DNA of 64,000 nt from Chrysomallon squamiferum. Taxonomy: Eukaryota; Animalia; Mollusca. The notes under the pieces are model-generated. The model saw only the letters and a list, made by a program, of their open reading frames with translations. It was not told where the DNA came from and did not search any database. The first letter of the stretch is position 1, and each line of letters starts with the position of its first letter. The position numbers and the translations under genes were made by a program. Below, piece after piece: positions 13,265 through 26,776 of the stretch. The stretch is taken from assembly GCA_012295275.1 (NCBI GenBank), contig CM022678.1, positions 20,147,144 through 20,211,143 on the forward strand, in the 5' to 3' direction.

Positions 13265-13362
13265 TTGGCCATTATTACTATTAGTGTTATAAAATTATCA
13301 TTATCATTATTTTTATTATTTATATTATTAAATTATTATTACTACTACTACTACTATTATTA

Positions 13363-13414
<52 letters not shown>

Positions 13415-14101
13415 GCTTATTATTATTATTTAGTTTTGATGTTTTGGTAGAGGATGTTGATTTTCAACAACTAAACATATTGATAATAAATTTAAATTAA
13501 ATCTTCTTATTGGAAGTGTCAATTGCAACATGTTATTTAATACGTTTATCACTTCATCTGTAAATTTGATCATTTAGTTCATATATCTATGTTGAAGACA
13601 TACGTTTCATCATTTATAAATAGTTTCCAGTGCTTGTACATTTTGCATTTCTGTAGCGTTATGGTCAAATGGTTACTGTTTACTTCATTTGTGTCATTTC
13701 AGTAGGGTTTTTTTAAATTTATTTTTTTAAATCAGTCATTTGTAGTTTGTTATATTTGATGATCATAAAATATGAATAAAAAAAACAAAATGTCATTAAA
13801 AAGCTATTTTGTGTTCTGAAACTCTGTATAAGAGATAGAATTGTAGAAAAGATATAAATGATTTCAAAGACATTGGACATGAAATGGCTAGAATCGAGGA
13901 TTTTGTGTCTTTTGTGTTTTTGTCCCCTTAGTAACAGCCATTAAACACACACACACACACACACATACACACATTTATTTTCTTAAATTAACAATTTTAC
14001 AAGCAATTGCAAGATGAATGGCTAACACACAGCTTAAAAATATTGTTTGAAAGTTAATTAATGTGCAAACTCATGCCAGGTTTAACTTCCATTTCAGAGT
14101 T

Positions 14102-14278
14102 GAAAGAATGAAAGAAGGAACAGAATGTTTTATTTAATGACACTGTATGTTTTTGTATTTATGGTATTGGACACATGGTTAGGAACCACTGACATAATAA
14201 AAATAATCTCACTGCTGGAACTTCGTCAGTTATTCTTTTCACTTAGCAGCAAAGCAGTTTGTTCATGCACTGTCTGAT
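14102..14278. mobile_element. Decayed interspersed repeat (SINE-like relic)
   Basis: gaaggaa…atgttttatttaatgacact…catggttaggaaccac…cttttcacttagcagcaaag resembles a high-copy gastropod repeat as I recall it; unverified. Confidence 0.35.
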
Positions 14279-15004
14279 GTGTGGGTATATTACTCATGGC
14301 TGACTGAGCCCTATGTTGCATGTGGGGGTCAATAAATTGTTAAACTGAGGCACTTTTAACTGCTGGCATATATATATATATATATATATATATACTGAAA
14401 GAAAGACAAGATAAACTTCTTATGAATGTGTAAATTTTTAATACTAAATTGTAAGATAAATTTTAGTAACAATTTTCTGATTACAGGTGCACAAAGGTAA
14501 ATGAGAATGAAAATTATAACTTGTTTATAAATAATTAAGAAAAATAAAAAAACTCCAAATCCTGTTCCTTTATAAAGTAATAATATTCTATCAGATCATA
14601 GAAATTTACAGTTTGAATATGTAATAAACACTTTTCTTTTGGTATGTTTACTGTAGACATGAAAATACAAAGTTTTGTCCCTGACTGGAATTCTGTAACA
14701 GTTCAGCAACATGATTTTCAAAAAAAACAAATTGTCTGTATATTTATCTGCAATATTTTCCTGCTTCAGAACAATGATTGAAGTTTTGTTTTTCTTATAT
14801 ATATATATGTCTAAAGATAATATCTTCCCTAATTAACAATGCTGATTAGAATTTGGGTTCAAAACATATCAATATATGTGTATATAATATCTTTAGGTCC
14901 AAGTTTTCCTGCTTCAAAACACTCATTTGCGTATTTAATACAGATACACATATATGACATCTTATTTAATTCAAGGAGGATTTGAAATGTCCAGAAATGT
15001 GTGA

Positions 15005-15050
<46 letters not shown>

Positions 15051-16262
15051 ATCTTGTACATAAAAAACTGGCAAGATCAAAAACCTGTCCTTGAAATGCA
15101 GTTTGAACAGAAATAAAACTAAAATATAAAAATATATCTATATTTGCATCTCTCTCTCTCTATCTGTAAATAAAATCAAAAATGAGTAAATTTAAAAATA
15201 AAAATAATTCAAATTTAAGACTTGGGCAAAAATGCCACAAAGTTCATTTTGTTAAACTATTCTCTTACAAAAGCAGAAACAAAAACAAACCACACACTCT
15301 CTAAAAGGTAAAATACTTATGGCTAAAATGCAAAAGAAAGATTCTGAAATTAATAATAAAAGTTTCTTTGAAAATTCTGTTTACACATAATCCTCATTAA
15401 CACTGAGTTTCATCACCAACATTTACATTGTGAGGAAACAAAAAATGTTTTGTCAAATATTCCTCCATTTCTAAACATCTGAGATGTCTATCAACAGCAG
15501 CCAGAGAAAAAAAAATATGTTTTTGTTTCATAAACTAAATATTCTATTTTATATACTGTCTTTGTCTAAACAATAAAATATTTGGCTTCAACAAGTGTGC
15601 GTGCGTGTGTGTGTACATGTGCGTATTTTATAGAGAGCAACACACACACTCACAAAAACACACACACAGACATACAGACCAAATATAACCATATATATTA
15701 TATATGCTCTACATAGTTCTACATATAAAATTCTTAAGCACAATCATGTTATGTCCAATTTTCATCTTTTTTTAAAGAAAATCTCATCATTTCGGGTTCT
15801 TTGTGGTCACACTGTTGATTAACAGCACCGTCTACAAATCATGATAGATTTACATTCCAGTATTGTAACAGCAGACACTCATTCCACCAAACATCTCAAA
15901 ACTGAAATTCTTGGACATAACACGGTTGTTTCTTACACACTCAAAATTTGTTATCCAAGAACAAAATCAACCAAAATAAAGCAACAAAAATGAACAAACA
16001 ACCTACCTACCCGCAAAACAAAAGAAATGAAGATAAGACGATTAAAAATTGGTATATAAACTGTGAGAATTCAATGTAAGAGCTTCATAAGCCCATAAAC
16101 AGTCAGGAAATTGCCATGATTCGATGTTTTTTGCATTTCTGTTTTTTGTTAAAAATAATGCCCTAGATTACATCTAGACTCCTCTCAAATTAAGAGATTT
16201 TCATACAGTTCAATCTCCATAGAAACAGTAATCTTAATTTTCATTAAGAATGAATAATAATA

Positions 16263-16314
<52 letters not shown>

Positions 16315-16328
16315 TAATAATAATAATA

Positions 16329-16370
<42 letters not shown>

Positions 16371-16489
16371 TAATAATAAATAATTATAACAAAAACAATA
16401 ATGAAATAAACTCAAAGTCATGTGACTAATTAGAATATTAATATATATTTTTTCTTACTTACTTCAAACAGGCACATCATTGTTAAATT

Positions 16490-17385
16490 AGTCAGTTTTT
16501 TATTTAGTAACACTGTTATTATTTTAAACTTGTCTTTAACACTCAGTGATGTTCGCTGAGTGATAAATATAACTAATTTATCATATTATTATTATTATTA
16601 TTATTTTTTTAATTTTTAAACTTGTTTTTTACACTCATGTGTCAATGAGTATTTTTCATAACAGTCTTTGCTGACTGTTAAATATAACTAATTTATTATT
16701 ATTTATTTATTTATGAATTATTATTATTTTTAAATTTGTTTTAACACTCATGATCAGCTGGTAGTTTCACTACAGTTTTCACTGACTGATAAATATAACT
16801 AATTATTATTATTATATCTTTTAATTATTTTTATTTTTAAATTTCTTTTTAACACTCATGATCAAAGCATATTTTTCAAAATTATTTCAATGAGACCTGT
16901 AAACGTAACTAATTAATCATATTATTTATTTATATATTATTATTATTATTTTTAAACTTTGTTTTAACACTTATAATCAACTTGTATTTTTCACAAAAGT
17001 CTTCACTGACTGATACATATAAGTAATTATTATTATATATATATATTTTTTATTTATTATTATTTTTATTTTTAAACTTGTTTTTAACACTCATGGTCAA
17101 AGCGTATTTTTCAAAATTATTTCAGTGACTTATAAACATAAATAATTTAATATTATTATTATTTCATTATTTATTTATTATAATTCCTTTTAAACTTGGT
17201 TTTGACACTCATGATCAATGCATTTTTTTTTTCTCACAAAAGCTTCATTGACTAATAAATATAACTAATTATTATACTGTTATTATTTTATTTATTTATT
17301 ATTATTATTATTATTTTTCAACTTGTTTTTTTACACTCATGATCAGTGGGTTTTTTTCACAGAAGTCTTCGATGGTTGATGAAAA
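16490..17385 (-). repeat. ~120-bp degenerate tandem repeat x8 overlapping the SLC25A32 distal stop codon and 3' UTR
   Basis: aacttgtttttaacactcatgatca…tcaca.aagtcttc unit recurs near 16527, 16618, 16733, 16845, 16955, 17074, 17192 and 17320. Confidence 0.8.
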
Positions 17386-17486
17386 TCACCAGTTTCTCGT
17401 ACACTACAAAGGTGATGGCACAAGCTGGAGTAACCCGAAGAAGATTTGGACCCAGTCCTTTGTAGAAGCCATAATAACTTTCATAC
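17357..17486 (-). CDS. SLC25A32: SLC25A32 distal terminal exon 7b ([42 protein letters not shown])
   Basis: tttcAG acceptor, phase 2, canonical GFYKG…[17 protein letters not shown] helix 6. Confidence 0.9.
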
Positions 17487-17558
17487 CTGAAAAAATAAAA
17501 ATAAAAAATATAAATAATAATAACAATAATAACAGTAATAATAGTTATATTAGTATTA

Positions 17559-17589
<31 letters not shown>

Positions 17590-17591
17590 GA

Positions 17592-17631
<40 letters not shown>

Positions 17632-17911
17632 GAATAATTATAATAGTATTTATAATAATAAAAACACATAAATAATATATGTTCTGTAATAGTCTGAAAA
17701 TTTTAAAATAAAATTTTTTTAAAATAAAAAAAAATTAAAAATCAAAATGCCAGCCCACAACAACAAAAATATTTAAATAAATTAGATTTAAGATGTACTA
17801 ATGTTCACATCCCATTAGCACCTCTTAAATAAGTTAAACTAATTTATTTAAAATCATTTGTTATTGTATCTATAGATGTGCATTTTATATATATATATAT
17901 ATATATTTATT

Positions 17912-18262
17912 TCCGTTAATGGACTCTGCCCAATTTGAAATTTGGGTAAATCTACTACAGGTGTAACACAGAAAGTGTATTTAGGTTACCTTGTTCACTG
18001 ACTTTAAAAAAAAGAAAATGGAAAAAGCTGAAAGAAATGAGCTCACCTCATCATCATTTTGATCTTTAAAAATCAGTCGACCAAAATTCCAGCAGAGACG
18101 CAGCAAAAATCTTCAAAAGCATTTTCCATCATCTTTTCATAAAGTTTTTTCTCATTGGTGGGCTAGCCTAAGACACTTTCTGTGAACACCTCTCATTGGT
18201 TAATCAAACCAGGGTAAACAACCAATCAGATTTTAAATTGGGCAAAACGTTCTCCAATGGGA
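17912..18262. mobile_element. Possible decayed MITE in the intron between exons 7a and 7b
   Basis: imperfect inverted repeats tctgcccaatttgaaat (about 17925) and attttaaattgggcaaaa (about 18230). Confidence 0.35.
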
Positions 18263-19392
18263 TAGTTTTTTTTTTTTAAATATTTCAGTATGTGTTTTGA
18301 ACTGCTGGATGTATTATGTGTATTTTCTCTGTATTTTTGATGTGGGGGATGAGTGTGTGTTTGTATCAGCATGTATATATTTTATCTTATTTATGAATTA
18401 AAAACAATACACATAATTGATTTATATAAAATAATAACATGTTTACTGTATCCACATATAAGGGATATTTCATTAAAAAAAAAGAAAACAACTGGTTTAC
18501 ATTTTAATATTTATTTAACATAAAATATATGTAATAAGGCAGTTTGTTTTCTTCACACAAAAATCTCTCTCCTCAGAAACAGAAACACACACAAACACCC
18601 ACAAAAAGTTATCTAAACCAATAATCCTGTACCTCAAATAAAATAAAATAAAATAAAATAAAAATAAAAAATAATAACATTCAGTAAGAAACACTGAAAA
18701 GTTCATAAAATCCCCTCGAAAGGAAGACAACAACAAGATTTAAAATTTTAAAAACAAAAATTTAGATCTATGGCTATGCTATTTATTATACAAGTGCTTC
18801 AAAATAAACACTGAAGCTTTGAGTATTGGTCCCAGTTAAAACAACAAATAAAATACTCACCCCAGTGTTTGAGATTTTAAATAAATATTCTAATCATTAA
18901 AAAAAAGAAAAAAAAAGAAATGGTAATAAATAAAAAATAAACGAAACAATGGTCTCTAATTCTTGGAATTTTAAATGAGCATGTTAATCACTTATTTTAA
19001 TTTAAACATTAAAATATATATATATATATATTTTGAACATCTGATAAAAATTATGTTTTCTTATATGCCGTGATTGTAAATAAATGACTTAATTGATTAA
19101 AAGTTACATGACAGCACCATCCCAATAGACAATGTCCTAAGATAAAAAAAAAAAAAAAAAAAAAAAATAGTAATAATAATAATAGTAATAATAATAAATA
19201 AAATAAAAAATAAATAAATAAGTAAAAATTAAAATAATCATCTATTTTAAATACTTTCAGATTTTAAATAAAATTTATAACTACTTTCTTTATAATCTAA
19301 CAAACAACTGGTCCCATTTAAAAAAAAATAATAAAATAAAAAAATAAAAAAAAAAAAAAAAAAAAAAAATGATTATATTACTCCTTGTCAAC

Positions 19393-19425
<33 letters not shown>

Positions 19426-19849
19426 AAAGAATAAATAATAAAACATTAAAAATAGAAAAATAAAATCAAACAAACAAAACATACAAATATTTTTGCTTTA
19501 CATTTTACCGGAAGATTATAATGACTAAAATATGAATGTAAAATTTTTTTTTATAAGAACATCAAAATATTCTTGAATTAAATCTCAGTGGTAATGCATG
19601 TACAAATTATATAAATCAAAAATAAACATGATTTCCTAAAAACAACATAAATAAATGAACAATCTTTGTCTCAAAGATGAAAATGATTAATAATGAAAGA
19701 TGAAAGTTGGATTTTGATTTCTAGTTTGCAGAAATGCTAGCTTGAAATACAAAACAAAACAAGTGATTGTCAATATAATAACATGAGTGTAAAATTTCAA
19801 TTATCAAAAGAAATTAAAAAAAAAAAAAAAACCCACCTGTGTTTACAAA

Positions 19850-20250
19850 AATATTTTTCACATTGTATTTTACATAAAATGAACTGAAATTTTTTCACAT
19901 TATATTTTACATAAAATGAACTGAAATATTTTTCACCCTGTATTTTACATAAAATGAACTGAAATATTTTTCACACTGTATTTTACATAAAATGAACTGA
20001 AATATTTCTCACATTGTATTTTGCATAAAGCTTATTGAAATATTTCAAATAATGTGTTTTAAAATGTTTTTCATACTTCATTTTATGCAAGTATACTGGA
20101 ATGTTTTTCATACTATATTTTACATGAAGTGTCGAAAAGCAATTTTGTTTTTTAATTTTACTTATAGCATCTGGATGTAAACATTTTCTGTAATCGTATT
20201 TACATAAAATATATTTAGCAGATACTTTCATAGTGTATTTTACATATAAT
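19850..20250. repeat. 39-bp minisatellite (tatttttcacattgtattttacataaaatgaactgaaa), degrading rightwards
   Basis: 4-5 good copies, then degenerate ones. Confidence 0.85.
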
Positions 20251-23200
20251 ATATTAATACAAATTAAGTATATTGTCTTTTTATTTGCACACAAATGGTA
20301 TGCCTATTGTCTTCTTATTACAAATGTACACAAATGTTAATAACTATTCAAACAAAAATCTCAAGATTCAGCTTATGCAAATCAAAGCTAACCCAAACTT
20401 ACAAGTAGATTTTGTTTTGAACTGCTAAAACAAGAAAATATTAAAAAAAAAAAAATGTCTTAAATGTATAAATTTTGTGTAAGTCACCATACCCTCAGTC
20501 TAATTAAAATCTTTAAACATTTTCACAAGTATTCACCTACTTACTTATTTCCAACATAACCTGTATCAGAGTTGCAAATACCACAAAACATTTTTTCCCC
20601 TGTGTAAGCCAAGTCATTTATATAATGAAATGTAACTGAAATTAGATGCACAAATAACTCTTTGTATTTATCACAAAAAATTAAATTTCACAATTCATGA
20701 AACAACATTTTCTCCACATTATTAACTTAGTCATGAAATTAACTCAATTTTTTTTGGTATTTATTACAAAAGATATATTCAACATTTTCTCCACATATTA
20801 ATTGTCATGAAATTAACTCTTGTTTTTGTATTTATCGGAAAAGTTAAATTCCACAATTCATGAAACAACATTTTCTCCACATTATTAACTATGTCATGAA
20901 ATTAATTTTTTTTTGTCATGCATCACAAAAACATGAGCTATGCAGTTCATGAAATAACATTTTCATCTTTATGACATAGCTCCAATGCCACTTACTTATA
21001 AAACAGAACCCTATTACACATTAACACATACACAATAAAACCTCACTCACCATTTTGTTCACATACTGAAAAACCTTTCCCCAAAATTAACACACAGAAT
21101 TAGAGATGAGAAACAAACCCTTTTTTGGAAGTCATAACCAATCTTAAACACACAGTGCAACACATCCTCATACACATAACAGTTTTCACAAACTAACACA
21201 CACTTTACTCATGTGATTTACAACCATTTCCACAAATTAACAATCAGATTTTACATATATCATTTAAAACACAATGAATTTGATACATTTCCAGTTTAAT
21301 ATTTCCACAAATGAGATTGTCTTATGGACACAAATCATTTTAGTTTCCATAGCTGTATACACATATTTTACACATATCACAAAACACCTTTTCCAAAAGC
21401 ATGTGTTTTTGATATCTATCTATCTATCTATCTATATATATGAAAAACATTACCACAAACCAAAAAATACATACATCACTTCTCCACAAACAATCACAAA
21501 GTATCATACGCACACAAACTTGTAGTTACAAATTATATATATACTTCATGAGATATATTTTATTATTACTTTTATCTTATTTTTTTACCAACAGTATGAT
21601 TGTCACAATGGCAAGAAAACTACAACAAAACTATAATAATAATAATAATAATATAATAATAAAAGTATAATAATAATAATTATAATGATAATAATAGCGA
21701 GTAATAACAATAGCAGTAGTAATAATAACAGAAAAAATAATAAAATAATAATGATAAAAGTAAAGAGTAATAGCAGTAGTAGTAATAGTAATAATAATAT
21801 TAACAACAGTAACAACAATAATAATAATAATAATAATTAATTAACTCATAAAAAAAAGGTAATTTTCAAGTCTGATCTCTTATATATCTAACCTCTTTAA
21901 GAAAAGCACCTGCACAATGAAGTGCATCTCCAACACATTATACAAATGCACCAAAGATTCCACATCAATATTATTATATGCAAGAAAAGTAAAGGATTAT
22001 CTAACCTTTTTTTTTTTTTTCAGAAAGAAAGAACTTGATGAAGATATTATTTAATTAATGATGAAGTTTTAAATCAAGTTATCAGGACATCAAGATATTG
22101 AATGTATAAATGAGGTGTCATAATATCTTATTCTCTTATATTATAGATGACTGGGAGAATATTTATTTTTATTTTATTAATATTTTTTTTCCCCCCACAC
22201 AAGAATATATCATAGCTTTTATGGAGCAGGAATGGGTTTTTTTATTGACTGAAATTGTATTTCTAACTAGCTTTTTTTGTTCTTGAAAAAAAAAAAAAGA
22301 AAGAAAAAAAAGAAATATATACAAATAATAAATAAATATATAAAAGCAAATGTAAAACAGAATGTATAGACTATGACATCAAGTTGTCAGATTCTGAAGT
22401 TACTAAGGATATATATCGTAGTTATATTTGTCAACCATACACATCTGCAAGTTTATTTTTGTAAACTTTAATTAATCTAAATATTACTTTTTACAGTGAA
22501 AATGAAAAAAAACCCATCTGTTGTAATAAATTATTGCAGTATTTTACACATACTGAACATGGAGATGCTGATGTAGCAGTGAAATAAGATTGTAGATTGT
22601 TATAAAATGAACAAAAGAAAAAATAAAATGAAAAACAATTTCCGATTTAAGAATTTTTCTGTTTTTCATATGGCAGTGAAAGCCATTCATTACTTCATTT
22701 TCAACTAAAGAAAATGAAAATAAGATTTTTTTTTTAATTGTAGATACAGCCTCTTATATATATATATATTAACTGGTGATTCAGATATTTCTATTTTCAA
22801 AATTGTAGTGAAAGCCTGGTTGTATCAAATGATAACTTTTATTATTTTAGATTCATTAAAAATATATATATTTCAAAAAATTCTTTCGTTCATGATTTAA
22901 AATTTAATAAAACAATAATTTGAATTAGAAATATTTAGATAAGTAATTTCCAGGAATTATTAATGAGCAAGAATAGAAAAGCAAAATATTCAGTGGTACA
23001 AAATACCCATTGTCATTTGAAAACAAAGCAAAATATAAATATTACAGCTGAACTATGTTAAAAACTCAATCTGCATAAACAGCAAAACTATAAATAATTA
23101 AACACAAGTGAAAAAACTAAATACAAGTACACTGAACTAAAATAATATTACATTTACATAAAATTATTTTTTTTTATTTTTTTATTTTTTGAATATGTAA

Positions 23201-24089
23201 TTTCTTTGGCAATTTATTTCGAGGTATAATATTCAAAAAGAATAAAGAAAAGCTGTGGTATGATTAAAAATTAAAAATTAAACCAATTAAAATAGCTGCT
23301 TTTACAGTAAGGCTGGAAATAACAAAAATGTTTTAAAAAGATAAATTAAAATGAATGAAAACAAATAAGAAAGTAAAATCTTGAAGCAGCCACAGCAGCA
23401 AGTTTTAAACATCAGTGAAATAAGCAAGATTATCTGAAGTCAATGGAAGCTAGAAATACTTTAATAAAAGATAAGTATTAATTAATTAATTTAAAATATA
23501 TCATATGTTAGTCATCTCACATGATTTTGCATTCAAGATGAATGTTTTTAAACTTCAGTCAATTTCAGAATGGACTGATCAATGTAAAATCTCAAAAATA
23601 AGCTTTATAATTTCAAAATTTCCTTCTTTAATACTTTAACTGTTAAAAGAATCACAATCAGAAATTTAACACATGATTAGATTAAGAGATGTATTACTGA
23701 AAAGTGAAAAATAGTAACAGCAAACAACAAAAGAATTATGTAAGTTTATCAATTGCACAAAAAATAATTGGTCAAATCATACAAAATGACTGGATAAGAA
23801 TACCATAATCCAGTGAAATAAAATATACACACAACTGTATAATATTTATAATATTTATTAAATATTCATCAAAAAAAAAAAAAAAAATAACAACATTAAA
23901 AAAAATTAAATGTCTAACAATAATGCCAAAAGCACTGACTGACTGTAGCTAAGTGAGAAGTGATGTATAGATTGAAGATCTCTGACCATCAGTAAATTTA
24001 ACAGATCTGTTCCTTAGAGTTCCTTAGAGTTGAAAGAATTAAAAAAAAAATATCTTCAGAAATGTGTCGTGTGTTGTTTGTAGCTATCA

Positions 24090-24219
24090 TCAAACGTGCA
24101 TTTCATGTTTTCTCCAGTTTGTTACGAACTCGTAGAGTAAAAACACGATGCAAATATTGGGTGTGACGTGCCACACGTACACGCCCAAACCTTTGTAGAA
24201 ACCTCGCAGTCTTTCAAAC
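24090..24219 (-). CDS. SLC25A32: SLC25A32 proximal alternative terminal exon 7a (FERLRGFYKGLGVYVWHVTPNICIVFLLYEFVTNWRKHEMHV*)
   Basis: ggcAG acceptor; same phase and same 130-nt coding length as exon 7b; homologous GFYKGLG…VTP…YE. Confidence 0.85.
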
Positions 24220-24798
24220 CTGCCAATAAAACATTGTCATGAAGACAGAACTTTCCTTTATATGTGACAACCCACACACGTACAAGAACACAGTACATGA
24301 CCAAAAAATAATAAAAAAATAAGGAAATAAAATGAATAAATATTTCCAACTGTGCTTTCACATTTCATTTATTTATGATATAAAAATATATATCAACAAA
24401 AGAAGTAATAAAAACATATATAATGAAAAAAAGAAAAAGTGAAAATTAATTATTTACCATTTGTTTTTCTTAACACCTGTTGCAGTGTAAATAAAAGAAT
24501 GAGAGAGAGAGAGAGAGAGAGAGAGGTGTATCAGAGAGAAAAAGCTGACAGCAAAGAAAAAAAAAAATACAGCCTAAAAAATATTTTTCAAAAAAAGAGT
24601 AAAAACGAGAGGGCAAAGCAGAACAAAATTGAAAATAAAAATGGTGCCATGAAACAACTTTTAACCTAGCACAGCCCTACAAGCTTAAAAATATTTTTCA
24701 AAAAAAATGAGTCAAAAAAAAAAAAATAAATAAACGAAAAGCCACGCAACACAAATATCAACAAAAGTAAATATATTTTAAAAATCTGTACTACTTAC

Positions 24799-24943
24799 TT
24801 CCAGATTTGCTTCACCACGTCAATGACACCGTTGTATTTTCGATGCTGATCTTGAAGTCGCGAGCGACTACTTGGTATGGGTAGGTTGTGCCAGCAGCAA
24901 ACATTTTGGACAGGGCGGCAAAAGAGATGTATTCTAAAGAGCT
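24799..24943 (-). CDS. SLC25A32: SLC25A32 exon 6 (SSLEYISFAALSKMFAAGTTYPYQV[V]RSRLQDQHRKYNGVIDVVKQIW), with an apparent 1-nt deletion
   Basis: atttcAG…AA|GTAAG; frameshift near 24868. Confidence 0.85.
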
Positions 24944-25139
24944 CTGAAATGAGTGAATTTGTATGTTGACTCTGGGACTCTGTGTGTGTGTCTGTGCGTC
25001 TGTGTGTGTGTATGTGTGTGTGTGTGTGTGTGAATGTGTGTGTGTGAATGTGTGTGTGTGGATAGATGCCTGTATCTATGGACAACAAATATTAAATGAC
25101 ACCAGACAACAATCTCAATTTACGTAATAAATAACATAC

Positions 25140-25253
25140 CAGTTTGGAATCAAGTGGTTGATTTAAATATTTATTGTACAGAGTTTTCATTTCTTCATAG
25201 GCCATGAACTGCAAGGCACCATGGGAAATTCCAAACACACCTGGTATAAATCC
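25140..25253 (-). CDS. SLC25A32: SLC25A32 exon 5 ([38 protein letters not shown])
   Basis: tatAG…GTATG, 114 nt. Confidence 0.93.
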
Positions 25254-25749
25254 CTATAAAATAAAAAAAATAAATAAATAAATAAATAAACAACGATAAT
25301 GCTTCATTTTCATTTTTATATTTTTTTAAACAATAATATTAAATTTAAAACAATTATTTAAATTACACAACTATTACTACTACTAATAAATATTATTATT
25401 ATTATTATCAGTATATTTATTTTATGGTTATTTAAAACACCATTATAATGCTTCATCTTTATTTTTATTTTTGTATTTTTTAAACGATAAGGTTAAATTT
25501 AAAACAATTATTAAAATTACACCTACAACTATTACTACTACTAAATATTATTATTATTATATTTTATTTCTTAAATGATAATACTAAATTTAAAACAATT
25601 ATTAAAATTATACTACAGCTACTACTAATACTAAATATTATTATTATTATTATCATCATCATCACTATATCTATTATTATGGTTTTAGTTAAATAAAACA
25701 CTACTTTCAGTATCTCAGTCACTGATTCACTGTGTGTTACAGGGAAAAA

Positions 25750-25904
25750 AAGAGACCCTGAATGCCCTCCAGTTTGTAAATTTTCACCCAAGCCAACCAT
25801 TCGATACATGACTCCTGTGTGTTGCCCTGACGCATTCTTGTACTGAAGACAAAGGCGCGTTTTCGTAACCCATATCGGATTCGTCAACACCAAAGTCGCA
25901 AAAC
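25750..25904 (-). CDS. SLC25A32: SLC25A32 exon 4 (GFATLVLTNPIWVTKTRLCLQY…VKIYKLEGIQGL), 3' half corrupted
   Basis: ttttcAG acceptor; frame switch near 25790 and no clear donor; end coordinate approximate. Confidence 0.8.
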
Positions 25905-26687
25905 CTGAAAAATTATTAAAAATATAACAACAAAATAATAACAGTGAGAGTAATTAGATTATTATAGTTTTTATTTAATTTAAAGTGAAACGAATAGTAA
26001 TGATGATAATAATAATAATAATAATAATAAATAATAATAAATAATAATAATATATTTAATGTATAATAGCAATTAACATGGCCTGAAATAATTTTGTAAA
26101 TTCTGACACTAATTATTTTGTTTCTTAAGAGAATGTATGTTCGGTTGTTTGAATGTTGAAGGAACACAGATTTTTTTTATTTCCAAAATAATCATACTGT
26201 TGGAATTTAAAAGATTTGAGACTACTAAATTAAATATGTAATGTCACATTCCTATAAAGTGTAATTCTTTTTTTATTATTATTATTTTTAATATCATGTT
26301 TGAAAGTGTTTGTAAATGTAATTTTTGTTTTTAAATAAAAAATTAAAAAATAAATATTCATGTAAATAAATAAATCAGATAAAGCAGATTTGTAATTTCG
26401 ACAAAGTATCTGTGTTAAAACGATAAATAAGAAAATAAATAAACAAGTAAGAAAGCAAAAATAAATAAGTAAATAAAAAGAAATAAGTAAGAAAATAAAT
26501 ATACAAGTAAATAAATAAATAAATAAATAAATAAATACAATAAATAAATAAATAAATAAGCAAATAAATAACTAAAATAAATAAATAAGTAAGTAAATAA
26601 ATAAATGAAGAAAGAAATAAGCAAAACAATGAATAAACAAACTAACTAACTAAATAAATAAATAAATAAATAATATTGACACAAAAC

Positions 26688-26776
26688 CTGCTTCAGCTGC
26701 TACAGTGAGATGCATAACTGGACCCAAGTTTTTTGTTGAATCGCTGTCCTGCATCCAGCTTTTTATAGTACTGTAC
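26688..26776 (-). CDS. SLC25A32: SLC25A32 exon 3 (YSTIKSWMQDSDSTKNLGPVMHLTVAAEA)
   Basis: tttcAG…G|GTTTTG, phases 2/1 consistent. Confidence 0.9.

Noticed and set aside
10179-17356. Poly(A) signals or hidden genes between the convergent SMCHD1 and SLC25A32 ends
   Set aside because: AATAAA is too frequent in this composition to assign, and no exon-like sequence was recognised.
24122-24361. 79-aa minus-strand ORF
   Set aside because: Wrong frame; the meaningful reading is SLC25A32 exon 7a.
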